A model generated the notes under the pieces. The model worked only from the letters and a program-made list of their open reading frames with translations. It searched no databases and was not told the origin of the DNA. A stretch of DNA of 60,133 nucleotides, filler included, from Sphacelaria rigidula (Eukaryota): the NCBI GenBank assembly GCA_964200075.2. It is 7 parts of 7 records of this genome, joined end to end, with 100 filler letters (N's around TTAATTAATTAA, not from the genome) between each part and the next. Parts side by side here need not be neighbours in the genome. Positions count along the whole stretch, not along the records: positions 34,421 to 42,925 come from CAXNAA020010949.1; positions 43,026 to 51,529 come from CAXNAA020010950.1; 5 more parts are not named here. The stretch is one strand, 5' to 3'. Position numbers and translations under genes: made by a program. Below are positions 37,614 to 49,200 of the stretch, piece after piece (positions within the stretch are counted from its first letter, which is position 1; every line of letters starts with the position of its first letter).

Positions 37614-39499
37614 TGCGTAGCGTTCCTGTCTTTTCCTCATCGCATCAGTCGCGGAAGATTGGGGGCTTCGACTATCGTCGTGATGTCGTGATTCAGCACG
37701 TGAGGCCTCGAGTTGCCCGGGTGGATCCCTAGGTGATATGTTGAAGTGCGACCAGAATAATCAAGGGCCCATGCACCCGTGACGAGGTTGATCAATTTCT
37801 TGCCAAGAGTTCCTCTCACACTATCGCCCGTCGTAGGGCTGCTGTTGTGTCGAGTGGTCACCATTGCAGCAGCATGTATGCTTGAACCTGGTAAAATCCG
37901 CACGGATATTAGATATCATTGCCTTCTTTAGAACGCGTTGTCACAATATTCCATGATATTCCATTTTTATATCCTGATTTGATATGTGCTCGTCTCCGGG
38001 ATAGTGGAAAGCTACTTCTCTCCTCATGCCCGTCAGTGACAATCAGCTTGACGCCGTATATTTTCTGCTGAACACGGGCTCGAGGCACCGCAGTGAGAAC
38101 ATCATGGACAATCAATCGCTCTCCCATGGACAAATTGTTGACATGGTTCCCGCTTTTTCTTCTGACCATGGTGAAGTTTGACGCCGTCCGTCGCCCGCAG
38201 CTAATCAGGGATGGGCGGCATGTGAAACCACGGACGCACTTCCTACTCCTCTTAAAACCTGCGCATCAGCAGCGTCGTGCGGTACTCCTGAGGGCTTTTC
38301 GTCATTCAACGGCTAGGATCTTCAAACCCCATTTAATTGATGAACCTCATTTTATAGAATCCCCTGTTATATGATAGACGTATCGGAAACAAACAAACTG
38401 AAACACTCGCTGAAAAAAAGGGATAGAAAAAGTCGAACAGAACGACATAGTGGGGTAAAACGTAAATACCACTACCACTACTACTACTAACAATAACAAT
38501 AACAATGACAATAACAACAATAATAATACCAATGAAAACAAAAATCAACAAAAACGAAGAACAGAAAGAAATGACCAATCTAAAACAAAAAAGGAAAAAA
38601 AAGAAGAACGAAAATATAGGAGGAAAAAAACGAAGAAAAAGAAGGGGAAAATCACAAGGGATTGAGGGCAGCAAAGTAGATACAGATACACACCAGTGGG
38701 CACCGCAGAGCCACTGACTAAGGACATGATCAACAAGCACTATGAGCAGACAGGATTCTTCGATTGGCGGCCCTCGACGCAGCAGCCTCTCGCTTGTGAG
38801 GGCGATCTGACTCTCGTTTATCCGCTCTTCGCCACGTGTCCTCAAGCTTTTCCGCTCCTTTTTCGACTCCATTATGTCATTTCCCTATGTTCTTCGCCGC
38901 AGTGACCCAATCGTACGCATCGTTAACCTCTACACCGTAGACGAACCATTTCCGTCGGGCTCCTTTGTGCAGGACAGCCCCTAGTGCACTTATAGTCTCC
39001 TGGAGGTTATCCTCCCACTGCTTGGGGGGGCGGCCGGCCTTCTTGGACCCTCGTGTGCTTATGTAGTATTCACATTTTATTTTCGTAATCCTAATGCTCC
39101 CACAACGTTTTTGAAAACTGATCTCAACAAGCATTGCAGTAATCAGCCTGTTCGCCGAGAATACAAGAAGCATCTACGCCATCTTCGGGACCTCCTTTCA
39201 GAGGTGTCTCTGGTCTCTGTCTCAAGTACACCTGACTTGCAAAGCAGCCGATGCTGTTTCGAGCGCGTGTGTGACGACCTGCAGCCTCTTTGCTGTTGTG
39301 TACAATGTGCGCACCGCGAACTCGGTTCGAATCGTTGGTACTCGGATGTGCACGAGCACAATAGTGCTCGGGTGTCCATGAACTCGGCCCCTTCACCTCT
39401 AGACGTTTATCACCAATTCGTGACATTATCACAACCCCCGTTCGTAAGTTGGGTCAATTGAAAAACGGCGCAGTCTCTCTTGATATGCCCTCTCGGCTC

Positions 39500-40508
39500 A
39501 CGCAGGGGCATTCGATGCCGTTCGTTCTACTGCGGTCACTTTCCCCGCTTGCCAGCATGGTATCGCGACGGCCTGCGACCAAGTTTGGGGCGTTCGGGCG
39601 GGGGAGGTAGTCGACGTACGTGGTGCTGACCATGTGCCGAATATCAGCCAAATTAAGATCGCGTTGAGAGATCCTACGATAGCCTTCCCCCAAAAGAGTC
39701 CCAACAATGTTACGAAGAAAAGCGTTATGTAGCGTATGAAAGCTAGCTTTAGATTGCATGAAGCGCCTCATGTGGGCGATAATGGCGGAAGCGATCGCAA
39801 GTCTGGGAGTTCCCAGCCGGTCGATGCGCCCGACGTTTGTCATTTTGATTCTCATGTTGATTTTGCCTCCTCAAACCAACCTCTTTTCCGGGAGGGCTAT
39901 CGCGGCATCACCCCGTTTCTCGCAGCCAAAAATATGGGCCCCCTCACATTCGGCAGGAAGGGTCCGGGGAGAAAAACCCTCGTATTTTCATCAGGCGCTG
40001 ACAGACCCTTTTTGTCGATACGGTCGCGGTAGCCGTCCATGATGTAGAAAAAGTCGCCCGGATCATCTCCGCACTGCATCGCAGTCGCGTGCAACGTCTC
40101 GTGGCACTCCCTACTTGTCTCTTGGCGTTGCTTTTGTATCTCTGTTGCAATGCTGCCCACCCCGCTTGTCCGTTGCCTACTCCATCCTCGCTAATCTTGC
40201 CCATGCGTCGCTTGACGGTGTTGCGTGCCGATAGCTCTGTACTGAAGAAGAGTTTACTGAACAAGTCAGGATTAGGACGGTCACATGCCTTCGGGCCTAT
40301 CGCATCACTGAGCGGCGTGTTATCGCCGATCGGGGTGGTCTTGGGCTTCGGCTGGCTCCGTAAGACATCGTTGACCGCCTTCTGGTGAAGTGCAAGTAAG
40401 TGTAACCCGGAGTTTGTCTTTGTATCCCCTGAAACTGGTTTTGTCTGTGCCGTTGAATCGCGGGCAGAGGTTCAGCACCCCTTGGGTGTTCTTATCGCTG
40501 TTCGCCAC
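39500..40508 (-). mobile_element. Ty1/copia gag remnant (frameshifted), no pol or LTRs recognised
   Basis: Segments LFSKLFFST...GNGQAGWAALQQRY, RECHETLHATAMQCGDDPGDFFYIMDGYRDRI and LADIRHMVSTTYVD in different frames resemble copia-type gag. Confidence 0.65.
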
Positions 40509-41144
40509 GGAAACGCCGTTCCACTTGAAGCAAAAAGGAACGCGATTGGTATCCTCCGCCGAGGTAGCGGCTTATCCGACACCGCTTAAATTCAAAATCA
40601 CGGAGGGAGAAAAAACAGGAATAGAAAATGAGCACTGCCACTTTACACACGGTCCTCCACCTCAGTAGTAGCGGCTTCGCTCACCGACGCTTTACTTGAA
40701 ACAACGGTCAGGATCTGGTGATATCGAACTTATTACAAGTGTTACGGCATGGTCACGACTGTGCACTTCAGTAGTGGACGCAGACAGGTGTAATCTCGCC
40801 TACCAAGGAATCATGAACGCTGCTTCGCGGACAAGTTCTAGGGCTCGACACGTCCAGATGTGGAGCCCCCCCCCCCATCCCCTAGCATGAATCACGCACA
40901 CCACTTCCTTCAGGTAAGGACGCGCTGCTTAAGTGCCAGATGCGCACAGATATATGTCGTCCTCCTACAAATTACGCATCCTTCTTCATTTCAGGTCGTA
41001 CTGCCGTAGTGTTAGGCGCGTACTCTTGCTGCATTGCCTGGAAAAAATAGGCTATCTACTACGTTCAGGCCGCGACGCACCAAGAGGGGATCCTGAAGAA
41101 CGGCGACGAACTTTATCTACAGAGAGCATCTGAGCCATGGTGGT

Positions 41145-41800
41145 GTGATTAACTCTTTCAGTGCCACTGTTACCATTTGGGTGGCAGATGCTCGTGACGA
41201 TTTTGCGGACGCCCAGGAGCTCCTACAATTCGTCAGAAGGACCCCAGCAAAAATGCTGACCGCTGCCAGAGAGGAGCCGTCTCGGACAACCATAGTGCTG
41301 AATACAGTCGTGAATGAGAGTATCGGCGGTTCCTGCGACTGCGAAATCCCCAGCGGTTACGGCGTACACTGACACGTGGCGACTGAATCGGTCGGTAAAG
41401 AGTAAATATAGGTGTTTCCACGATCCGCGGTCGGTAAAGGACCGAAGTAGTCCAAAGATACGAGGGTGCCAGGGGCATTGGGGAGTTCCATGGACATGAC
41501 CGGCCAGCGTACCATCTGCTGAGAAGTGTTATGAGGCTAGCGCTTGAAGTATCGCCGAATCCAAAAACGCGTGGAGGCTTCCGTGCCAACCCACCCGTCA
41601 AGCGTTGAAGTAGCGCAAAGGTGCGCGTGGCACCAAGTGGTATGGCAAGGCAGTGTCGCAACCTTCCATGATCCAACAAGGACGTATGAACAGTGGAGCG
41701 TGTATGTATGTGGGTTCGTCATCGAACATTTGCGCGTGGCGTTTGTATATCTCAGAGATGTTTGGGGGTGGCAGTGTGCCAACCGGGAACAGAAGGTCAA
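41145..41800 (+). pseudogene. Possible Ulp1/C48-like protease remnant
   Basis: IVLNTVVN...GVH*HVA (HW, if TGG>TGA), then FHDP, then EQ...CGFV. The order resembles the His/Asp/Gln-Cys motifs, but the match is weak. Confidence 0.25.
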
Positions 41801-41811
41801 ATGGACAAGGG

Positions 41812-42034
41812 TGTAATGCGTGAGAGGATCGCGTGCTTAGAGGACCGCGCCGTAGTTCAAAACACCTCAAGATCGAGGTTTTTCAAAACCAATCGGGTCA
41901 GTCCCTGGAGATACCACGCCCCTGACCATAACCCTAACACTAACCATAACCCTAACCCTAACCCTAACCATAACCATAGGGATGTTCAAATTCCGATGCG
42001 GTCCTCTAAGCACGCGGTCCTCTCAAGCATTACA
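41812..42034. mobile_element. Second copy of the telomere-repeat-carrying TGT...ACA MITE
   Basis: 37-bp TIR TGTAATGCGTGAGAGGATCGCGTGCTTAGAGGACCGC / GCGGTCCTCTAAGCACGCGGTCCTCTCAAGCATTACA with 2 mismatches. Internal CCCTAA/CCATAA tract at ~41925-41978. Flanks AGGG/AAGG (3/4). Confidence 0.8.
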
Positions 42035-42147
42035 AAGGCACCGGACAACCAAGCTGTATGTATCTCCTGGCTGCGCGGCATGATGGTTCCCGCTTGTTGT
42101 TCGCGAGCCCAATTGCGACGGGAGTAGTTGGCGAGAAACTCGCGTAG

Positions 42148-42786
42148 TTAGCCTTCCGCCGCAGATCCAACTAAGCATGGTGGAGCAGGCAACGGTAGAA
42201 TAGGCGAAGGGGCAAACATATTAGCGTCACTAACCACATCGAGATCAGAGTCCTGATCGTCCACTCCATTCTCGGAAGGGGTTGGTGTTGGTGGCACCGT
42301 AGGAGGCGGCGTTGTAGTTGTGACACGCGACAGAGATCGCACTCGACGCTTGTTGCACTTATTGCGGATTGTAGTTGTCGTGGGATATTGCGTGCGTCTT
42401 TGTGGGGTCGGTTCTGTGCGGCTCGCGAAGTTAGTCGGGGTTGTCGGTGGTGGCGGGGCACGCGGGGGATCGATGCGGGCAGCAGACCAAGAGTGCATAT
42501 CGTCGGAAATTAGGTGAATGGCCGGCAGTTGTGGCGTGAAGAGCTTCGCGCGAGGACCAAAAGAGTGAAAATGGACGAAATCGGCGATCGTCAACTTTAG
42601 CCCACCCAAAACGGCATCATACGCAAGATAGCGAGGGCATCGTATGTGCATACCCGTTTCTTGACACTGAAGGTCGACGGCGTAGACGGGTATAAGCCCC
42701 TGCTTCATCGGGTTCAGTGAGTCGGCAAGCTGGACTGGAATCAGCTGCCGTTTGGGGCAGGGTGAGTCGGGAGAGAAGAGCAGCAT
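42148..42786 (-). CDS. Hypothetical ORF (212 aa, Pro/Thr-rich C-terminal half)
   Basis: Open frame only; no recognised motif. Confidence 0.2.
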   Translation of the reverse strand: MLLFSPDSPCPKRQLIPVQLADSLNPMKQGLIPVYAVDLQCQETGMHIRCPRYLAYDAVLGGLKLTIADFVHFHSFGPRAKLFTPQLPAIHLISDDMHSWSAARIDPPRAPPPPTTPTNFASRTEPTPQRRTQYPTTTTIRNKCNKRRVRSLSRVTTTTPPPTVPPTPTPSENGVDDQDSDLDVVSDANMFAPSPILPLPAPPCLVGSAAEG

Positions 42787-42925
42787 CCCCGTTGGTTTTA
42801 TCTGAATGATGCTTTATGGTACACTGGTAAGCTGTTAGGAATTCTAACCAGCAGTCATAAAACAGTGTTTTCGTGAGATTGAGAGTAGATGATACGATTG
42901 AGAGTGAAAAGCGGTCAATCAGTGA

Positions 42926-43025
42926 NNNNNNNNNNNNNNNNNNNNNNNNNNNNNNNNNNNNNNNNNNNNTTAATTAATTAANNNNNNNNNNNNNNNNNNN
43001 NNNNNNNNNNNNNNNNNNNNNNNNN
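42926..43025. other. Artificial contig linker
   Basis: N44-TTAATTAATTAA-N44. Confidence 0.99.
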
Positions 43026-43258
43026 TCTAATCTCAGAAATTATTTATGTACCCCTACCGTAGCATCACTCACGTGAGTTGACGCGGTGCGGGAGTGCTGA
43101 CCTGATCCGCGAGACCAAAATGCAAGGCGTGTACACGGGGAGAGATGAGTTGATTCCTTGAGACCACGGACTCATTCCGAGGAACGGGAGGGGTTCAAAG
43201 TTCGACAAATAAATAAATAAATAAAATAATTGCAAAAAATCGCTGTTTTTTGCCACAG

Positions 43259-46200
43259 GACCCTGAGGGTACTGAATCCCTTCAGTGGTCCAACTCGTTG
43301 TTCAACGAACTGTTCGACGAGGAGCTGGATCTTTGCCCCGAGGTAGTGGCAGAAATTTACGGTACCCTGGAGGAAGGGGTGGTATCGCTCGAGAGCCTGC
43401 AATCTCCGCTTTGCGGAGATTGGCTGTCGTTCGGAGACAGCTGCTACGCCAAGAGCACGTACTTGGATCTAGCCGTCGGCTGGGAACATGCCGCGACTAG
43501 GTAAAAGCCCATGGGCTAGCTCCCATGTAGAGGATAAAAGCTGTATGCGTGTGTGCATGGTTTGTCGTGAGGATGATGACTTGAACCCGGCGACGCGGCA
43601 TCGCTCGTGGGTGTGATGTAGGTTGCCATCAAACGATGCAAATGTATCCTCCGATGATGGTAGTTTTCACCTCGGACGCGGAAAGCGCAAGTGTGTCTAT
43701 TTACCGGTATAAAATGTGATTTCACGTCCATCGCGCTCACATGTGCATGCTTCATCAGGTGTGAACTCTCTACTGACTCTACCTGCGGGTGGCCAACTGG
43801 TCCCTCTTTAGTTGCAATATTTGCACAGCAGTTAGTCGTGTCTTCACAACACATTACACGGGCGAGCGTCGTGTGTTCAATCTTCGGTCTGTTAGCTGGC
43901 GTAGGTAAATAAAGCCTCTGTCCATACCTTGAGTGTTTCAATGTTCTTACCCGACAAGACAAAAGAGGGCAACACAGGAGCACCCGACATATTTTTGCAC
44001 CCTCCTCCAGATGCAAAGAGTTAGGGGCAAGACTTGTGAGCGTGGAAAGCGAAGAGGAGAACGAGTTCGTGTTGCTGAATCTCCTGTGGATCGGATTTTT
44101 GGGGGAATCGTATATGGGTGAGAAATGCTGCATACATATAACCTAATTTCAACTTGAATAAGGGTGCTGATCATGTTCGTGGGTACGGAGATCGAGACGA
44201 TTGCTTCGCGTGTTTGAATGACTCGATAGCCTCTTGTACAACTGCCGCGCAGTGTAGTACGGGACAAGATGAAAATGATTCAAGATACACACATATTATT
44301 AAACGCACCCGCAAACGCTTGCAGGTCGTCTTCCCAGAAGAGAGATGTATAGACTATCAGGAAGTAGAGGAGAGAAGAGGAGAGAGAGCGTTGGGTACCA
44401 TAAACGGATCCCCTAGCCCAAAATATATCCCCTCCTACAATACATACAGGTGTAGGCCTGTGTACCGTGAAGAATGTTCCTGAGAAAATGAAGGTCTACC
44501 TAATAGGCTGATATCTTTGGCCAATACCCATAGATATGAGAATTACCAACTCAAGCGTCCCACACCCTCCCTTGGTCCTGCTCCGTATCAACGAAATGGC
44601 CAACGGTTCACAACTATATTACCAAGAACTAAGTAAGAAAATCCGGTCCCGCCGAGAAGAAAACTTACTCAGCCGCGCACAGGCGCCGCAAAATCACCTT
44701 CAAAGCAATAAAAAAGAATAAGAGTCGGAATCCTGTCCTCAAAACGTCACGCATGTTAGCCCTTTCGCGTAGAAGAATGTTTGCGCGGTTCAGTACAAAA
44801 CAAATTACCTCTCCCAAAAATCGACAAAAATGAAGCAGCTAACACGGATGTAAACTACTTAGCCTTCTTGATATTCATAACGAAATCCCTGTGGTACTCG
44901 AAACTCAGTTTAGCCAAAGCCTTGGTCATCATGCCCTCATGTTCTTCTGACCGTATGTATTCGAACCGAATTTTACCATCACTAACTAGTCCACGCAGAA
45001 AATGATGGCGTACATCAATATGTTTACTCTGAACACTACTCAACGGGTTGTTGGCCAGTTGAATGGCACCCTGGTTATCTTCAAACACCGTAGTGCTCAT
45101 CTCCTCGACATCCGGCTGACTGAATCTGAAAATACCCCGCACCAACAGCACCTCTTTGGCCACCTCGCCAGCTGCTACGTATTCTGGTTCACTACTGGAC
45201 AATGAGACATCGCCCTGGGTTCTCGATACACCTACCACAATCGCACCACCAAACAGCAAAACACCCCCTGTTACAGAACGCCGTTCCTCCGAATTAGCAT
45301 AGTCCGCATCGGCGTACGCCACTAGTCTCTCTTGCCTACCACGTTCGTACGTGATACCTAAATCGCGTGTGCAATTTACGTACTCCAGGATGCGTACCAC
45401 CCTCAGCCAGTCATGATGTGTGCAATCATGACTGTGTCGCAACACTTCCCTCACAGGGTCCGCGATGTCGGGGCGAGTGTTATTTATTGGCCAGCCGCAT
45501 TAACGCTCCCACCGTCTGCCTATACGGCACATCCACCTCAGATTCCCCCTTTTTTACCTGTGTCTTCTTTGTTGTTGAGACAAATACGGGGGTATGGGCT
45601 GTGCGCGTGATATCAAACTTGTCCATGATTTTCTCGACAAATGCAGACTGAGAAATCTTGATTGTACAATTTTCCCAGTTGCGCTCGTACGCACGACCCC
45701 CGTAAAAAGCCAGTTCTCCCGGATCCTTTGTTGGAAACTTCGTTGCCAAAGCCTCGTTGGTCTTGTTACATTGTTTCTTGTTACACACGATAAGAAGTCA
45801 CCAACGTGCACGGTGAGTAGTGCCTTCAAGTCATTTCCCTCCGTCAACCTGGAAGTGCATGGTTCGGTCATGCACTGCTCAAACCCGTATTCCTTGAGAT
45901 CTGTCACAAGCTCAGCGTGTCAAGCTTCACCTTCTTTTATGAGGCCATAAAGAACCTTCAAGACTTTCACGAATCGTCCAGACAAATCTCCACAGTCGTC
46001 AGTTGAACGTACGTATATCTCCTCCTCAAGGGGTGGCTGTATGCATGCTCGCTCTACATGCAAGTGGTGCATCTTGAGGTTATTTTGGCAAGCATACACA
46101 GTAAGGACTGATGGTGTGAGACTGAGACTAGGTGGAGTCATGGCAAAAGTGTATTCAAAATCAAAATACCAGGTTGTTGTAGGTTACACAGACACACGAA

Positions 46201-49200
46201 CCTCGCCTTGGGCTTGGTCACAAACCCGTTCTGATCTGTCTTCCAACTGAAAAGACATTTCGTACCAATGGCTTTACGACCCCCCGGAAGCTTATCTACC
46301 AGTTCAAAAGTATCTTTTTCTAGTCGACCTGTGAACTCACTGCGCATTGCGTGCTCCCACCGTATTCGCCTCTTTGACTTTACTAGTTGACGTCGCGTTT
46401 TCGGTGCCGGCTCTATATCTGTTAAATGTATCCGTTTCATTCCATCTCCCCGCCTTTGCCACGAAGGTTACACATGAACTGGCGAAGTAGATGCTGCCAT
46501 GTAGACCCGCCAGTCGTGCCAACAAGCTGCCCTCTAAAGCTCGGCTTTGCTGTCGAGTGCGTCCAAGTACACGCGGTTCAGGGTCAGGGGAGTTCATCCC
46601 CGCCTCGCTAATGTTGATGTTGTCCAGCTGACCGCCTTCCATTATCGGTGATGCTTGCTGTTGCTGAACGCGAGTTTGTTGCCGGGGGCGACCGAGTGCA
46701 CGCGGTGCTTGATCACTCGTCTAGCGGAAGGTGGTGTCCCGTGCAGCATCAGGTTCACCATCCTCACCCTCCCCGCTTGATGATTCATCACCCGAGGATG
46801 GCTTTACCAGGGATGTTTGTATACTGCCCTCCCTGATCGAGGATGTATATTCTTCGGTGGGATCAACATCGCTGGTATCTTCCCTAACTCCGTCGTCGGA
46901 GTTGACCTCTCCGCTTGTACCCAGCGAAGTACCCCTCCCTCCCAGGGAAGGAGAAACTTCTTGCTGCATGGATACAGAAAGTTGTTTCCATGTCACATTA
47001 CGTATCGTGATTACGTAACGACTCTTTGTTAGCACGCGCATGGAATCACGAGGATGATCTTGGGGGGGGTCCAAGATGAACACATTTTTGTGCCTTGGCT
47101 ATAGATTCCGAAGTACGTTGCTGTTTGCAGTATCCCGGCTTGAAAAACGGCAATAACGTGAGTTTGGAAACTACTCCGTGAAACATCTCGTTCGGTAACT
47201 GCATCCCAGGGTTAGCAGTCGTTGCAGCTCGGTTCAGGGCGTCGGCGGCAAAATTAATAGATTCAGCCCACATCGATCCCGGGACGTCAACGCTGTACAA
47301 ACGGCCAGCATCTATCCTAGCCGCCATTGCGATTGTCTCGAACATCTCAATTATACGTTCTGCCACTCCATTGTATTGCGGGCTGTCCGTTGGAGTGAAC
47401 AAATGCTTGATACATCGTTCCCTGCATAGGTCACTAAAACCTCCCTCGAACTCCCCACCGGAATCGCTGCGTGCACATTCCACAATTGAGGGAATACCAT
47501 CTGCTCTAACATCTGCCAAAAACAGCTTGAAAAGTGCTGTTGTATCTGTCTTCTGGCGTGCAAAGTACACCCAAAATCTTCGCGAGAAATCGTATGGGAT
47601 CAACATGAAGTACCTTCTACCACCCAGACTCTGTACACTCTTGGGTCCACACTGATCAACAAACACACGTTGTAGTCTCTTCACTGCACGCGTGGTCGTC
47701 TCCCTTGGAATCGGCCGTCGTAGGCCCTTCGCCAGCGAACACCCATGGCATGGCTCCAGCTCTCCCTCAAGCACCACACCAATAGCCTCAGCCGTTTCTA
47801 GAAACAGTACCTCGTTCAGGTGACCGTACTATTGGTGGAACAAATTAATGTTGACGGGGCCATTGACGGGTAAAAAGCCAAGGGCTAGCACAGCATTGGC
47901 AAACTCGTTTTCGGGTGAATCAAACTCACCGTCCAACGAGCTTGGGGACGACGAGAGGCGAGTAAAACGGATTGCGTTCATGTTCCCTTCGCAAGGGAAA
48001 ATCAAGTCCTGCCCATTATTCATGGGTACACGTACTCCTGACGTATGTACCAGTGGTGGGTGGTCATTGTCAGCCGCCACCATGATGGGAAAAAGGTTGA
48101 AATCTAGCATAGGTACATGTGCTACTTTTCCGACATGTAATCGGAACTTAGAACCGCCAATCTGGAAAAGTAAAGCAAAGCTTCCATACCCCTCGATGGG
48201 AATTGTCGCACCATTTGCGATGGTCAACCCGACGTTACCGTTTGCAATGGTCAACCTGACGTTACTGTCGGTCTTGACATCATCGGACATACCCTCCTTC
48301 ACAGTAGTAGTCATACACGACGACCCACCGTCCGCTATCCATATTTCACCCCCCTCATGCTTTGCTTGTACCAACATAGCCTTTTCCCTGGACCCAATCA
48401 ACGATACAATCTCGCCTGATGCTTCTTGTGCAATGAACATCCCGCTGATGTGGTTGAATCGCACGTCTTGTACTACCAGGGCTGATGTCTCCGGTCTAGG
48501 ACAGTCATTCGCAACATGACCAAGCTGGTCACACTTGTCACACTTCGCCTTCGGATAGTAGCGGCTTGTGTGTCCAGGTTCATCACAGCGCCAACACTTT
48601 CGAGTTTCCAATCTTGACGCAGGCGGTACAGAACTCCCTGGTTTCGGTGCCGTCGTCGGAGCAGAAGTCGATGTCGGCTCGTTGTTGTTGTTATTGGTCC
48701 GGCCGGAGTGATTCGCTCGCCCCCTGCCGTTGCCGAATTGTTGTTGATTGTTGTTGAGAAGGAACGTAATGAGCGCCAGAATGTTGGAGGTGTCTCTATT
48801 AGGAGTAGGAACGGTGCTCCGTCTCGAAAGGGATGCGTGGTCAATGGTCAAACGACTAAGGCAAGCAACACATGAGAACGCCCCCCCCCTGCCGTTGCCA
48901 CCACCACGCTTGCCCCGACCAGTACCGCGGCCGGTCGCGGCGAACAGAGCACTGCTGCTGCCTCCCTTCCCGGTCGGTTTCAGCGACAAGTATTTGCCTC
49001 TGACAGCCGCTCTCATTTGCGCCGAGGCACTTTCGTGCCATTCTTCCGCCCTGTCTCCTGGTCGAACACCGCCAGAGCGTGTTCGGCCACCGAGGTCAAA
49101 GCCAACTCCCCTGGTCGTTGCTCCGTCTCGAAAGGGATGCGTGGTCAATGATCACACGACTAAGGCAAGCAATAAATGAGCACGCCCCACCCCGCCCCCC

